37,157 nucleotides of DNA from Candidatus Uhrbacteria bacterium RIFCSPHIGHO2_02_FULL_53_13 (GTDB taxonomy: Bacteria > Patescibacteriota > Patescibacteriia > UBA9934 > UBA11717). Of the stretch, positions 1 through 8,642 are shown in pieces. The notes beneath the pieces are model-generated. The model worked only from the letters and a program-made list of their open reading frames with translations, was not told the DNA's origin and did not search any database. Made by a program: the position numbers and the translations under genes. Each line of letters opens with the position of its first letter. Within the stretch, counting starts at the first letter, position 1. The stretch is from the NCBI GenBank assembly GCA_001791035.1, contig MGDX01000004.1, positions 1,423 to 38,579 of the forward strand, given 5' to 3'.

Positions 1-1
1 G

Positions 2-958
2 CACTGGTACACGCTCGCCGAACAAACGGTCATGCCGCGCGCCATCGACAAGCAGAAGCTCGACCTCGTACATTTTCCCCATTTCAACGTTCCTTTGCGC
101 GTACGAACACCATTTGTCGTCACCATTCACGACCTCATTATGCTCGAACAACCGTGGTCGGCACGCGCCACCACGCGCTCGCGCATCGTGTTCGAGCTCA
201 AACGCCTTGGGTTTGCTAAAACGCTCCGTCACGCCGTTCAAAACGCAAGACACATCATCACCGTTTCCAATCACGCCAAAAATCAAATCATCCACAGGCT
301 GAATACATCGCAAAATGACATCAGCGTCGTGTATAATGGGTTTGATATCGCGGTTCCAAAATCCGCGAACACAAAACAAACATCAAATCGCGGCTCGTCC
401 ATCCTTTCACGGATCCAAACTCCGTACATCTTCAACGTGAGCAACTCGTATCCGCACAAGAATATCGAGACATTGCTCCACACGTTCAGCTTTCTTCTTG
501 CCGATCATCCCAACACGACGTTGGTGCTTGCGGGACCATCGAACGAGTTTCAAGATCGACTCAAAGAAGAAGCTCGAGAGATTGCCATTCCGGACGACCG
601 CATTTTGTTTACAGGGTTTTTGCGCGACGATGAGCTCACGGCGCTGTACAAAAACGCCGCGCTCTATGTGATTCCGTCGAAAGTGGAGGGATTCGGCATC
701 CCGCCGCTTGAAGCTTTGAAAAACGGCACGCCCGTTGCCGCCTCGCGCGCCAGCTGCATTCCGGAAATCTTGGGCGACGCCGCCATCTATTTCAATCCGG
801 ACGACATTGAGAGCATGCTTGAGGCCATGGAGCGTTTGCTGACCGATCGTTCGCTCAAAACCGCTCTCCTTTCCAAATCGCACGCCGTCCTTGCGCGCTA
901 CCGATGGGACGACGCCGCATCTCAAACTCTGCGAATATACGAGCGCTCCGTATCGTGA
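2..958 (+). CDS. Glycosyltransferase family 4 (GT-B, group 1), 5'-truncated by the window edge
   Basis: The reading frame is open from nt 2 (HWYTLAEQTV precedes the listed Met). The VVTIHDL motif lies only about 30 aa into the listed ORF, whereas GT4 enzymes normally carry it about 100 aa in. The C-terminal half has PSKVEGFGIPPLEALKNGTPV, a typical GT1/GT4 sugar-donor motif. Confidence 0.8.
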   Translation, partial: HWYTLAEQTVMPRAIDKQKLDLVHFPHFNVPLRVRTPFVVTIHDLIMLEQPWSARATTRSRIVFELKRLGFAKTLRHAVQNARHIITVSNHAKNQIIHRLNTSQNDISVVYNGFDIAVPKSANTKQTSNRGSSILSRIQTPYIFNVSNSYPHKNIETLLHTFSFLLADHPNTTLVLAGPSNEFQDRLKEEAREIAIPDDRILFTGFLRDDELTALYKNAALYVIPSKVEGFGIPPLEALKNGTPVAASRASCIPEILGDAAIYFNPDDIESMLEAMERLLTDRSLKTALLSKSHAVLARYRWDDAASQTLRIYERSVS

Positions 959-1028
959 CCTCTGTACAGTCAGAGCACGGCGCGCCGAGCGGTCGCAGGA
1001 TTCATTTGCATGCCCCACTCACCGAGCC

Positions 1029-3668
1029 ATGCCCAGAACACCAAAAATAAAACGCCCGCCGCTTTCCCTTATAGCCCACGGCATCATGGAAGACATCGTC
1101 ATCGACGGCGAGTGTTTTGTTGCGATCGAACAAACGCCGTCCTCCGCCGCCGTGCGAATGCAGTGCGATATGGCACATCCCGTTTCGCCGCACCTCGTCA
1201 CGCTTGCCGATGCGTTTATTGCCGACGAGCAACCGCGAGCGTATCAAAACTTACTCGAAGCCACGCCGGCACTCACGGACGTTGATGCGGAAGAGCCATC
1301 GACGCTCCACATACAGACGCATCACATTGCAAAACAACTGGATCAAAATGCCAAAACGGTTATATCTTCGCGTCATCTTGAACGACCATCTCACGCCAAT
1401 TCAAAGCACCACGCCGCCACATCAAATATCACCGATCCCGTCTTCGAAGAGCTAACCATTGAACATCTCCTCTTGTGCGCCGACGCAGAGCAAGACACAT
1501 CCATCGCGACCGTCTTTGACGATGTTGGCGACGAAGCGCCGGAAACCGCAAAGCTCGCGCTCGATGAAGAGCAGGAAACCGCGGAACTCACGCTCGACGA
1601 TCTGTTGGATGACATCGCCATTGCCGAAGAGCTTGCCGATCTTCCAAAGTCCGCGGCACACAAACGCGCCGCACGCCCTACACGCGCTAAACGCACCCTC
1701 CCCATCGGCTGGGGAAAGGTGCTTGCCTCATTCATCGGTTTGTCGTTCGGCATCGTCCTGCCGCTTCAAGCGATGACAACCTTCTCGCGCACCGACACCG
1801 CCAAAGCCGACGTCGTAGACCGCGGAATGAGCGGCATCGGCGCGCTTTCGCGAGCCGTGCAATCCGCATCCGTCCAAGATTTTCGCCAAGCCACCGCCGA
1901 GTTTGATCGCGCGGCGCATGTGTTTGGATTGGCAAACGACGAATTGCGCGCCATGAATGCGCAACTCTTGGGAATTGCCGACGTTCTCCCGAACACGCGC
2001 AAAGAGGTACAAGCGGCGCGCCATTTGCTCAAAGCGGGCGAAGCTTCCGCGCGCGCGGCTTCCACGCTCACCAACGGACTTTCGACGGTCGCGAACCGCT
2101 CCGGCGAGCATGCCACCGACGCCATCTCACTCCTTGACGTGTTCGTTGAAAACGCCCTTCCCGATTTCACCATCGCATACGATCACCTTTCCGCCGTGCC
2201 GCAACAGGCGATTCCGTATGAGCATCGAGAGACCTTGCAGGAAGCGACCGCGCGCTCCAGCCAACTGCTTCAAGCGATGAACACGTTCCACGAATCGGCA
2301 GGCGCCATCAAGACGTTTCTCGGCCACCAGCAAACACAGCGCTACCTCATCCTCTTCCAAAATAACACAGAGCTTCGTCCCACAGGAGGATTTTGGGGGA
2401 GCTTTGCCGAAGTGGATCTTTTGAACGGTGAACTGCAAAGCATGCGCGTGCCAGGCGGCGGTACATACGAGATGCAGGGACAACTGCAAGCGTTCGTACA
2501 TGCGCCAGAACCCCTGCGGCTCGTTGGAGCGCGCTGGGAGTTTCAAGACGCGAATTGGTTTCCGGATTTCCCTACTTCCGCGCAAAAAGCGATGTGGTTT
2601 TACGAGCAAAGTGGGGGACCCACCGTTGACGGCGTCATTGCTATCAACGCCACATGGGTATCGGAACTCATTGCCGCCACCGGTCCCATTGAGCTTGCCG
2701 AGCAAGGAAAAATCATCGATAGCGAGAACTTTTTGTTTGAAACGCAAAAACATGTTGAGCTCGAATATGACAAAGAAGCCAACCGGCCCAAAGCGATTAT
2801 CGGCGACATGGCGAGCGTGCTCATTGACCGCCTCTCTAGCGCCGAGGGCGAGGATTTTTTGAAGATCGCCGAACTGTTGAGCGAGGGACTGTCCGATCAA
2901 GACATCCAAATCTACCATCGCGATCCAAACATTCAGTCTGCCATCCAAAAACTCGGTTGGGACGGATCGGTGCTTGGCAACGCGGGCGATTACTTTATGC
3001 TCGTGCACACAAATATCGCTGGCGGAAAAACGGACGGCGTGATTGACGATGACGTGGAACTCGTCTCGCGCATGCGCGATGACGGTCGCATCGAGAACAC
3101 GGCGCGGATTACGCGCACGCATCACGGGCTCAAAAGCTCTCTCTTTTCTGGAACGAACAACGTGTCGTTTACGCGCATTTTTGTGCCGCGCGGCAGTGAA
3201 CTCATGAGCGTGGAAGGCGCCGTGCCGCCCAACCCATCGCTCTTTGAATCGGACGCATCGCTCTCCAATGACCCGCTGTTATCGCGCGTCGAATCGGCTA
3301 CAACCGATCCGCAGACCGGTGCGTTCACGGCCGAGAGCTTTGGCAAAACAAGCTTCGGAGACTGGATGCAAACGGAGCCCGGCACCTCCAGCACGCTCAC
3401 ATTTACCTATCTCTTGCCGCAAGCCATCCTGGAGGAGCCGCGCGATACTGCGTTGTCGCGTTTTGCTGGTTTCGTCGGCGTTCCGCCGTCCACGCGCCAC
3501 TCTCTGCTCGTGCAAAAACAGTCCGGCGTTGAATTTCGAAAAACCGCGTACACATTTATCCCAAACGAGAGCCTGCGCCCCGTATGGTCGTCGGAAGAAA
3601 CGCTCACACAGTTTACGCTCGACCAAAATACCGACGGATATTTTGGCTTGATTTTGGAATCGATGTAG
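1029..3668 (+). CDS. DUF4012 domain-containing membrane protein
   Basis: RYLILFQNNTELRPTGGFWGSFAEVDLLNGEL is the signature DUF4012 segment, and one TM helix (VLASFIGLSFGIVLPL) precedes it. The ATG at 1029 is preferred over the listed start at 891, which overlaps the upstream gene by 68 nt. The start remains uncertain. Confidence 0.8.
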   Translation: MPRTPKIKRPPLSLIAHGIMEDIVIDGECFVAIEQTPSSAAVRMQCDMAHPVSPHLVTLADAFIADEQPRAYQNLLEATPALTDVDAEEPSTLHIQTHHIAKQLDQNAKTVISSRHLERPSHANSKHHAATSNITDPVFEELTIEHLLLCADAEQDTSIATVFDDVGDEAPETAKLALDEEQETAELTLDDLLDDIAIAEELADLPKSAAHKRAARPTRAKRTLPIGWGKVLASFIGLSFGIVLPLQAMTTFSRTDTAKADVVDRGMSGIGALSRAVQSASVQDFRQATAEFDRAAHVFGLANDELRAMNAQLLGIADVLPNTRKEVQAARHLLKAGEASARAASTLTNGLSTVANRSGEHATDAISLLDVFVENALPDFTIAYDHLSAVPQQAIPYEHRETLQEATARSSQLLQAMNTFHESAGAIKTFLGHQQTQRYLILFQNNTELRPTGGFWGSFAEVDLLNGELQSMRVPGGGTYEMQGQLQAFVHAPEPLRLVGARWEFQDANWFPDFPTSAQKAMWFYEQSGGPTVDGVIAINATWVSELIAATGPIELAEQGKIIDSENFLFETQKHVELEYDKEANRPKAIIGDMASVLIDRLSSAEGEDFLKIAELLSEGLSDQDIQIYHRDPNIQSAIQKLGWDGSVLGNAGDYFMLVHTNIAGGKTDGVIDDDVELVSRMRDDGRIENTARITRTHHGLKSSLFSGTNNVSFTRIFVPRGSELMSVEGAVPPNPSLFESDASLSNDPLLSRVESATTDPQTGAFTAESFGKTSFGDWMQTEPGTSSTLTFTYLLPQAILEEPRDTALSRFAGFVGVPPSTRHSLLVQKQSGVEFRKTAYTFIPNESLRPVWSSEETLTQFTLDQNTDGYFGLILESM

Positions 3669-3681
3669 AGAATAAGCATCT

Positions 3682-5649
3682 ATGAAAAAGAAGCACAAAG
3701 CGAGTGCCGCGTCCGAGACACATCACCATGACACGCACGAGCCACACCAGCGTGAAGCATCCTCGCACGATACGCACCCATCGCACGATCCCGAAACGGA
3801 AGAAGACGAGACGCACACGCCTCGCTCCATTGACGCAGAGCTCAGAGAAATGTATGCGATCAACGACACGAATAAAAAAGAAACGAAGACGCGCTTGTCC
3901 AAGCTCGAAATCGTCACGCGTCCCGTGGTGCGACGCGTGTTGGTCGTCGTGCTCCTGATCTTGATAGCCGTCGCCGCGGGGCTCACGGGATCGCTTCTCA
4001 TCAATCAGCCGTTCCAGTCATCACCAAGGGATGCGCTTACGTTTGAAGTTCAATTTGCCGATGACGAGGTCGCGAGCGGAGAGCAAACCACAATCACCAT
4101 TCCGTATCAAAATCCGGCGTCCATTCCGCTTGCCGATTTGGAAGTGACGGTGCATATCCCAGAAGCATTTGCCGTTGATTCCGTGGAACCGGCGGCGATT
4201 GAAAGCTCCCCGTACACGTTTCGCATCGGCACTGTTGAGCCGGGAGGTACCGGTGACATTGTGTTCACGGGGCGATTTTTTGGAGCAGTGAGCACGGCGC
4301 ACACGGTGCAAACGATTATGCGCTACAAGCCCGCCAATTTCAGCTCGCATTTTGAGGACATTGCGTCCAAGAGTGTTCTGATCAGCGACAGCGCGTATCG
4401 CGTCAGTCTTGGCGGACCGGATCGTGCGGTGCCGGAGGAAACGCAGACATACACAATCACACTTGAACGCCGCGTGGAAGGCGCAAACGTGCCGCTGGAA
4501 CTTCGGCTCGAGGTTCCAAGCACGTTTGAGCTCAACTCAAGCGATCGCACGCCGGATCATGAGGATTCGTTGAGCTGGACGATCGCGTCCATCCCGAGCG
4601 ATGCACCGATAACCATCTCCTTCACGGGGCACTTTACGTCAAGCGCGGGCATAAAAACAAACGAGCCTATGATCGCGACGATTGCGTATGTGCGCAACGA
4701 TGCGCGGTTTGAGCAATCGCGTGTGGAGCTCTCCACCGAGGTGCTCGCCAACGCACTATCACTCACTTTAGTCGCTAACGGCGAAACGGGGAGCTCCATT
4801 ATTTTGCCGGGGGACGATTTGACGCTCAACCTCACGCTCTCCAACACCGGCGAAGAAACCGCCGAAGATGTGAGACTCGTCCTCACGGTGCTCGAAGGTG
4901 ACAGCCGCCTTGATATCGCCGGGCGCAGCGGCATCCCCGATGGGACGCGCAAGGGCAACGCCATCGTGTGGGATGGCGAGGATTTGAACCGGCTCGCCAC
5001 ATTGCACGGAGCGGAAAACGCCAGCGTGGATTTGGCGATTCCACTGCGCGAGAGCGGCGCCGATACCATCGTCCTCCAAGCGGAAGCCTCGGTGGATATG
5101 ATCGGCGGCATTGGAACAAGCCGCACGCTCACCTCCAACCGCGTCACCATTCAGGTGGCCTCCGATTTGCAGGCCACAAGTGGCGCACGCTACTTTGACA
5201 GCGAAGGGTTTGCCGTCGGTCAGGGACCGATTCCACCGCTTGCCGATTCGCGCACCACATATCGCGTGACATGGAGTTTGTCCGGCGGCGTGCACGATTT
5301 GCAAGACCTCACCATGACAGCGCCAATTCCCGAGCGCGCAACCTGGGGCGGCGTGGTATCGGTGACCAACGGATCGCTCGGCTACGACCCTGTAGCAAAC
5401 CGCGTACGTTGGACGCTGGACCGCTTGCCGTCCGGCCAAGCGCCGCCGATTGTGGTGTTTGATATGCACGTGACGCCTACGGAGGCAGATGTGGGATCGT
5501 TCGTAGACATCATCAGCGAGGCACGCGTGAATGGATACGACAATGTTGCCGGCACATCCGTGTCCGCAACAGCGCCCGCACAAACAACAGAGCTTCCGGA
5601 TGATCCGGAAGCGGCAGAACGCGGCGTCGTGCTAGACGCCGAAACATAA
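3682..5649 (+). CDS. Membrane-anchored surface protein with DUF11/CARDB-like beta-sandwich repeats
   Basis: The N-terminus is His/Thr/Glu-rich and is followed by a TM helix (VLVVVLLILIAVAAGLTGSLLI). At least four segments then follow the pattern Y-x-I-T-x-x-N...v-x-L-x-v-x-v-P (TITIPYQNP..LEVTVHIPEAF; TYTITLERR..LRLEVPSTF; LTLNLTLSNTGEETAEDVRLVLTV; TYRVTWSLSGG..LTMTAPIPE). Confidence 0.65.
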   Translation: MKKKHKASAASETHHHDTHEPHQREASSHDTHPSHDPETEEDETHTPRSIDAELREMYAINDTNKKETKTRLSKLEIVTRPVVRRVLVVVLLILIAVAAGLTGSLLINQPFQSSPRDALTFEVQFADDEVASGEQTTITIPYQNPASIPLADLEVTVHIPEAFAVDSVEPAAIESSPYTFRIGTVEPGGTGDIVFTGRFFGAVSTAHTVQTIMRYKPANFSSHFEDIASKSVLISDSAYRVSLGGPDRAVPEETQTYTITLERRVEGANVPLELRLEVPSTFELNSSDRTPDHEDSLSWTIASIPSDAPITISFTGHFTSSAGIKTNEPMIATIAYVRNDARFEQSRVELSTEVLANALSLTLVANGETGSSIILPGDDLTLNLTLSNTGEETAEDVRLVLTVLEGDSRLDIAGRSGIPDGTRKGNAIVWDGEDLNRLATLHGAENASVDLAIPLRESGADTIVLQAEASVDMIGGIGTSRTLTSNRVTIQVASDLQATSGARYFDSEGFAVGQGPIPPLADSRTTYRVTWSLSGGVHDLQDLTMTAPIPERATWGGVVSVTNGSLGYDPVANRVRWTLDRLPSGQAPPIVVFDMHVTPTEADVGSFVDIISEARVNGYDNVAGTSVSATAPAQTTELPDDPEAAERGVVLDAET

Positions 5650-5655
5650 AAACAC

Positions 5656-7461
5656 TCATTCAGTCCTTTCGCGTGACACCTCTTCAATAACGGAGAGCGC
5701 ATCGTCACAGTAGGAAAGTCGTATCTCTACGCGCCCCATCCCTTCAGACGGTAGAGCAAACCCCCTGCGCCCTTCTTGTTGTGCCTGCGCCAAGAATCGT
5801 GCCGAACGATAGTAGAACTCGGCAAGGCGCAGATACACCGGTTCGTTCGTCTCTTGATAGAGCACGTACGCCGCATCGCCCATCCATTGATTTTTGGGAT
5901 AGTTGTTGTGGATATACTCGCCCTTCCATCCGTGGCGAGAAATGTCGTTGGACCGCGCGCGCTCTGCGACGCGTCCCACTTCCGTCGCGTGCAACTTCTC
6001 CAGCTCCTGCGCAAGACGACCAATGTCCTCCGCGGCATGCACAGCACGGTCGTCTTCGTCTGCCATCGGTTCAGATACTCCCTCCTCTCCCTGATTCTGA
6101 CGCTCCATGAGTTCAAACAGGTGCTTTATCAATCCAGCTTTTGACTCAAAGAGTCCGCCCACAGCACCCGCCAATCCAGCCACGGCCGTCTTGCCGGATG
6201 CACGCAAAAATGTACGACGCGACATAAGATCGTTGCGCTTCAAGGCGCCGTACACAGCCGCGGCCACGGCGGCAGAGGCGGCCAACCCAACTAAAGACTG
6301 CCCCTGCACCGCGCCATCATCGTCCTCTATCCGCACGCCCGAATCAAACTGTTTGAACGCCTCAATAGAAAACACATACCCGCCAGACTCGCGCCCGTAC
6401 TTCCGGCCGGAGCGAAACTCCTTTTGCCAGCGCACGTACTCACGGCGATAGCGCGTTGTGATGTAGGTATACAAACCGCCAGTGCCCGCCTCTGCCACCT
6501 GCTCAATATCGCGCTCGCTCAACCCATACTCCGAGGAATTCGCCAAAATCTTAAACATCTTTTTGAAGTGTCCTTCCCCACATTGATACGCATTGATGGT
6601 CGCCGGACCGATGAGCGCCTCTGGAGACAGCGCGTACTTTTTTTCAATGGTGCGATAGTGTTCGTCCTGCGACAAGGTGTCGTAGATATTTGTGTAATAT
6701 CGAACGGCCGCGCGTGTTGCCAGTTCAAAATCCAGACGCTCGTCTACACGCGGACGCGATACCCTCAAGCCATTATGACGCGCCGTATCGCTCATAAATT
6801 GCCACGCCCCTCTGGCACCCGTTCGGCTCACCAAATCGGTCCGATACTTTGATTCTTGAAACGGAACATACGGCAATGTCTCCTTGAGATACGCGGGCAA
6901 ATCCGACTCGCCAATGATGCGTTGCGCAAACACAAACCGCGTGAGTTCTTCATGACCTTCAACAGGGAGTGTCGCATAGCGATCCTTGGCGATACGATAT
7001 TCGTTCTTGAGTTCGCGCGTAGATTTTTCGTCAATCTGTTCTTGAAACTCGGGAGCATTTTCAGCAATGTCCGCGCTCTCCCGTCGCTCAACTTCCTCTC
7101 CGGCTTCCTCCAAAATATGCTGGCGGCTATGCGCCCGCACTTCCTCTACGCCGCCGCTCACGATAGCTCCCACAGCCAAGCCCGTCCCCTCCGCGCCATA
7201 CAGCGGCCGGTTGACACGATGCGCCGCGCTCGCCGCCTTAGCCGCTTTCTCGCCCAAATGCGCATCCTGAACGGCTTTGGCCGCCTTTCCTCCAAGCCGA
7301 GCCACCTCCTTAGCGCCACGAACAACCCTTTTGCCTGCAGCTTTAGCCACATCGCCAACCGCAATGTCTTTGTATAACAAACCATCCGACTTGTCTTGTG
7401 CGGTCGGTTTGCGTTCCTCTGGCTGGCCAGAAGGCGGGCGTTCTGGAGTACGTTTTGGCAT
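5656..7461 (-). CDS. Lytic transglycosylase (SLT, family 1-like) domain protein with internal TM pair and uncharacterised C-terminal domain
   Basis: The SLT motifs are present: QESKYR (catalytic Glu-Ser), GARGAWQFMSDTARHNGL (GLMQ-type) and INAYQCGEG (AYNxG-type). A hydrophobic pair, LVGLAASAAVAAAVYGAL and AVAGLAGAVGGLF, lies near residue 400. Confidence 0.75.
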   Translation of the reverse strand: MPKRTPERPPSGQPEERKPTAQDKSDGLLYKDIAVGDVAKAAGKRVVRGAKEVARLGGKAAKAVQDAHLGEKAAKAASAAHRVNRPLYGAEGTGLAVGAIVSGGVEEVRAHSRQHILEEAGEEVERRESADIAENAPEFQEQIDEKSTRELKNEYRIAKDRYATLPVEGHEELTRFVFAQRIIGESDLPAYLKETLPYVPFQESKYRTDLVSRTGARGAWQFMSDTARHNGLRVSRPRVDERLDFELATRAAVRYYTNIYDTLSQDEHYRTIEKKYALSPEALIGPATINAYQCGEGHFKKMFKILANSSEYGLSERDIEQVAEAGTGGLYTYITTRYRREYVRWQKEFRSGRKYGRESGGYVFSIEAFKQFDSGVRIEDDDGAVQGQSLVGLAASAAVAAAVYGALKRNDLMSRRTFLRASGKTAVAGLAGAVGGLFESKAGLIKHLFELMERQNQGEEGVSEPMADEDDRAVHAAEDIGRLAQELEKLHATEVGRVAERARSNDISRHGWKGEYIHNNYPKNQWMGDAAYVLYQETNEPVYLRLAEFYYRSARFLAQAQQEGRRGFALPSEGMGRVEIRLSYCDDALSVIEEVSRERTE

Positions 7462-7502
7462 ACGATGATGGTTTGATTGTACTACAATTGATACGAATCG
7501 AT

Positions 7503-7820
7503 CTATTTTTTCTCCATTTCCTTCATTGCTCGCACAGCAACTTTCGCGACAAGATCTTGTCGCGCTTCCGCAAGCGTGGGAAGAATTGCGAGGACGGAAG
7601 CATTGTGAGTTGGAATAATTTCCACGGTTTCACCAACGTAGTCAGTGAGATGTGTCAAAAATTCATCAAGCCACGATGGGGTGACGGTAAGAATTCCCTC
7701 AAAATCAATTTGAACGATTTGACCTGGATTGAGCTGCGGTCGAATGGCACCGAAGGCCTCAAGTCCGGCAGAGCGTGAGATGAGAACATCGCCAAACTTT
7801 TTGACATGAATGATTTGCAT
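7503..7820 (-). CDS. STAS-like domain protein (DUF4325 type)
   Basis: This 105-aa protein contains GDVLISRSAGLEAFGAIRPQL..QIVQIDFEGILTVTPSWLDEFL, which matches the DUF4325/STAS-like pattern as I remember it. It lies 11 nt downstream of the GHKL gene on the same strand. Confidence 0.7.
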   Translation of the reverse strand: MQIIHVKKFGDVLISRSAGLEAFGAIRPQLNPGQIVQIDFEGILTVTPSWLDEFLTHLTDYVGETVEIIPTHNASVLAILPTLAEARQDLVAKVAVRAMKEMEKK

Positions 7821-7831
7821 AGTCGTTCGTT

Positions 7832-8563
7832 CTAAAATGAGATCACGGCAAACGTTCCACGAATAAATTCGTCAGACATTTTGACCCGCATGGTGCCAGG
7901 CTTTTTTGGAATGATCACCATACCGACTCCAGATTGAAACAAGAGTCCTATTTGATTTGATTCCATTATTTTTCGCACGACCTTGAGTCCGTTTCCGCGC
8001 TTTTCTGGACTTCTTCCCGAAATGATTTCTGTAAAAGCCGTGGTGAGAGCTTCAACATCAGACGAAATACGAGGGCGCGCTTGTTGAAGCGTGGTTTTGA
8101 CTCCACGTCCACGATCCGCGAGAACAATCAGTCGTTTGCCCACATTATAGGCATAAAACACGCCGGGGATATCAAGCCAATTGCCAACGTTATGCGCAAA
8201 AGAATTATCACCCACTTCTCCCGCCACGAGCGTGACAAGTGATACCAGATCCTCCGAGAGACGCCCGCTCTGCTGAAGTTCGAAGCCCATTCCGGCAACT
8301 CGACTCGTGAAGCGATCGGGTCGTTCACAATAGAATTCGCGCGGAAGATCCGGTGGAAACGCGCTGACGGCCCAAGCGTGCCCCAATTTTTGAATATCAA
8401 GCACAAAAAGCTTCAAACGTGTTAGAGAGTAGTAACGCTGTTGTCCCGAACTTCGTTCAGCGTGAAGCTTACCGGACTTTTCCCAGTTACGCAGCGTTTG
8501 CACAGAAACACCAAGAATTTTGGCAGCCTCACCGATTCTAATCTTTTTATCACTTGTTTCCAT
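7832..8563 (-). CDS. MerR-type HTH fused to a GHKL (RsbW/SpoIIAB-like) ATPase/kinase domain
   Basis: The N-terminal IRIGEAAKILGVSVQTLRNWEKSGKL..RYYSL is a MerR-family HTH. The C-terminal half has an N-box-like AGEVGDNSFAHN, a G1-like LADRGRG and a G2-like GNGLKVVRKIM. Confidence 0.7.
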   Translation of the reverse strand: METSDKKIRIGEAAKILGVSVQTLRNWEKSGKLHAERSSGQQRYYSLTRLKLFVLDIQKLGHAWAVSAFPPDLPREFYCERPDRFTSRVAGMGFELQQSGRLSEDLVSLVTLVAGEVGDNSFAHNVGNWLDIPGVFYAYNVGKRLIVLADRGRGVKTTLQQARPRISSDVEALTTAFTEIISGRSPEKRGNGLKVVRKIMESNQIGLLFQSGVGMVIIPKKPGTMRVKMSDEFIRGTFAVISF

Positions 8564-8586
8564 GACTGATAGGTTATAGTCATCGC

Positions 8587-8634
8587 ACTATAGTCTAAAT
8601 ACCTATAAAAGTCAAGATTGCTTTATAGGTATTT
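8587..8634 (-). promoter_or_regulatory. Sigma70-like promoter (TTGACT-17-TATAGT) overlapped by a perfect 13-bp inverted repeat (candidate operator)
   Basis: On the minus strand the -35 TTGACT is at 8610-8615 and the -10 TATAGT at 8587-8592, with a 17-nt spacer. The inverted repeat AAATACCTATAAA (8597-8609) / TTTATAGGTATTT (8622-8634) flanks the -35 box, and one arm fills the spacer. The same hairpin lies just 3' of the femAB stop codon. Confidence 0.5.
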
Positions 8635-8642
8635 ACGCAAAA

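Noticed and set aside
891-1028. The annotated start of the DUF4012 gene at 891, which overlaps the glycosyltransferase gene by 68 nt.
   Set aside because: The extension (MRATDGTTPHLKLCEYTSAPYRDLCTV...) is out-of-frame read-through of the upstream gene's 3' end. The ATG at 1029 removes the overlap, although the true start is still unverified.
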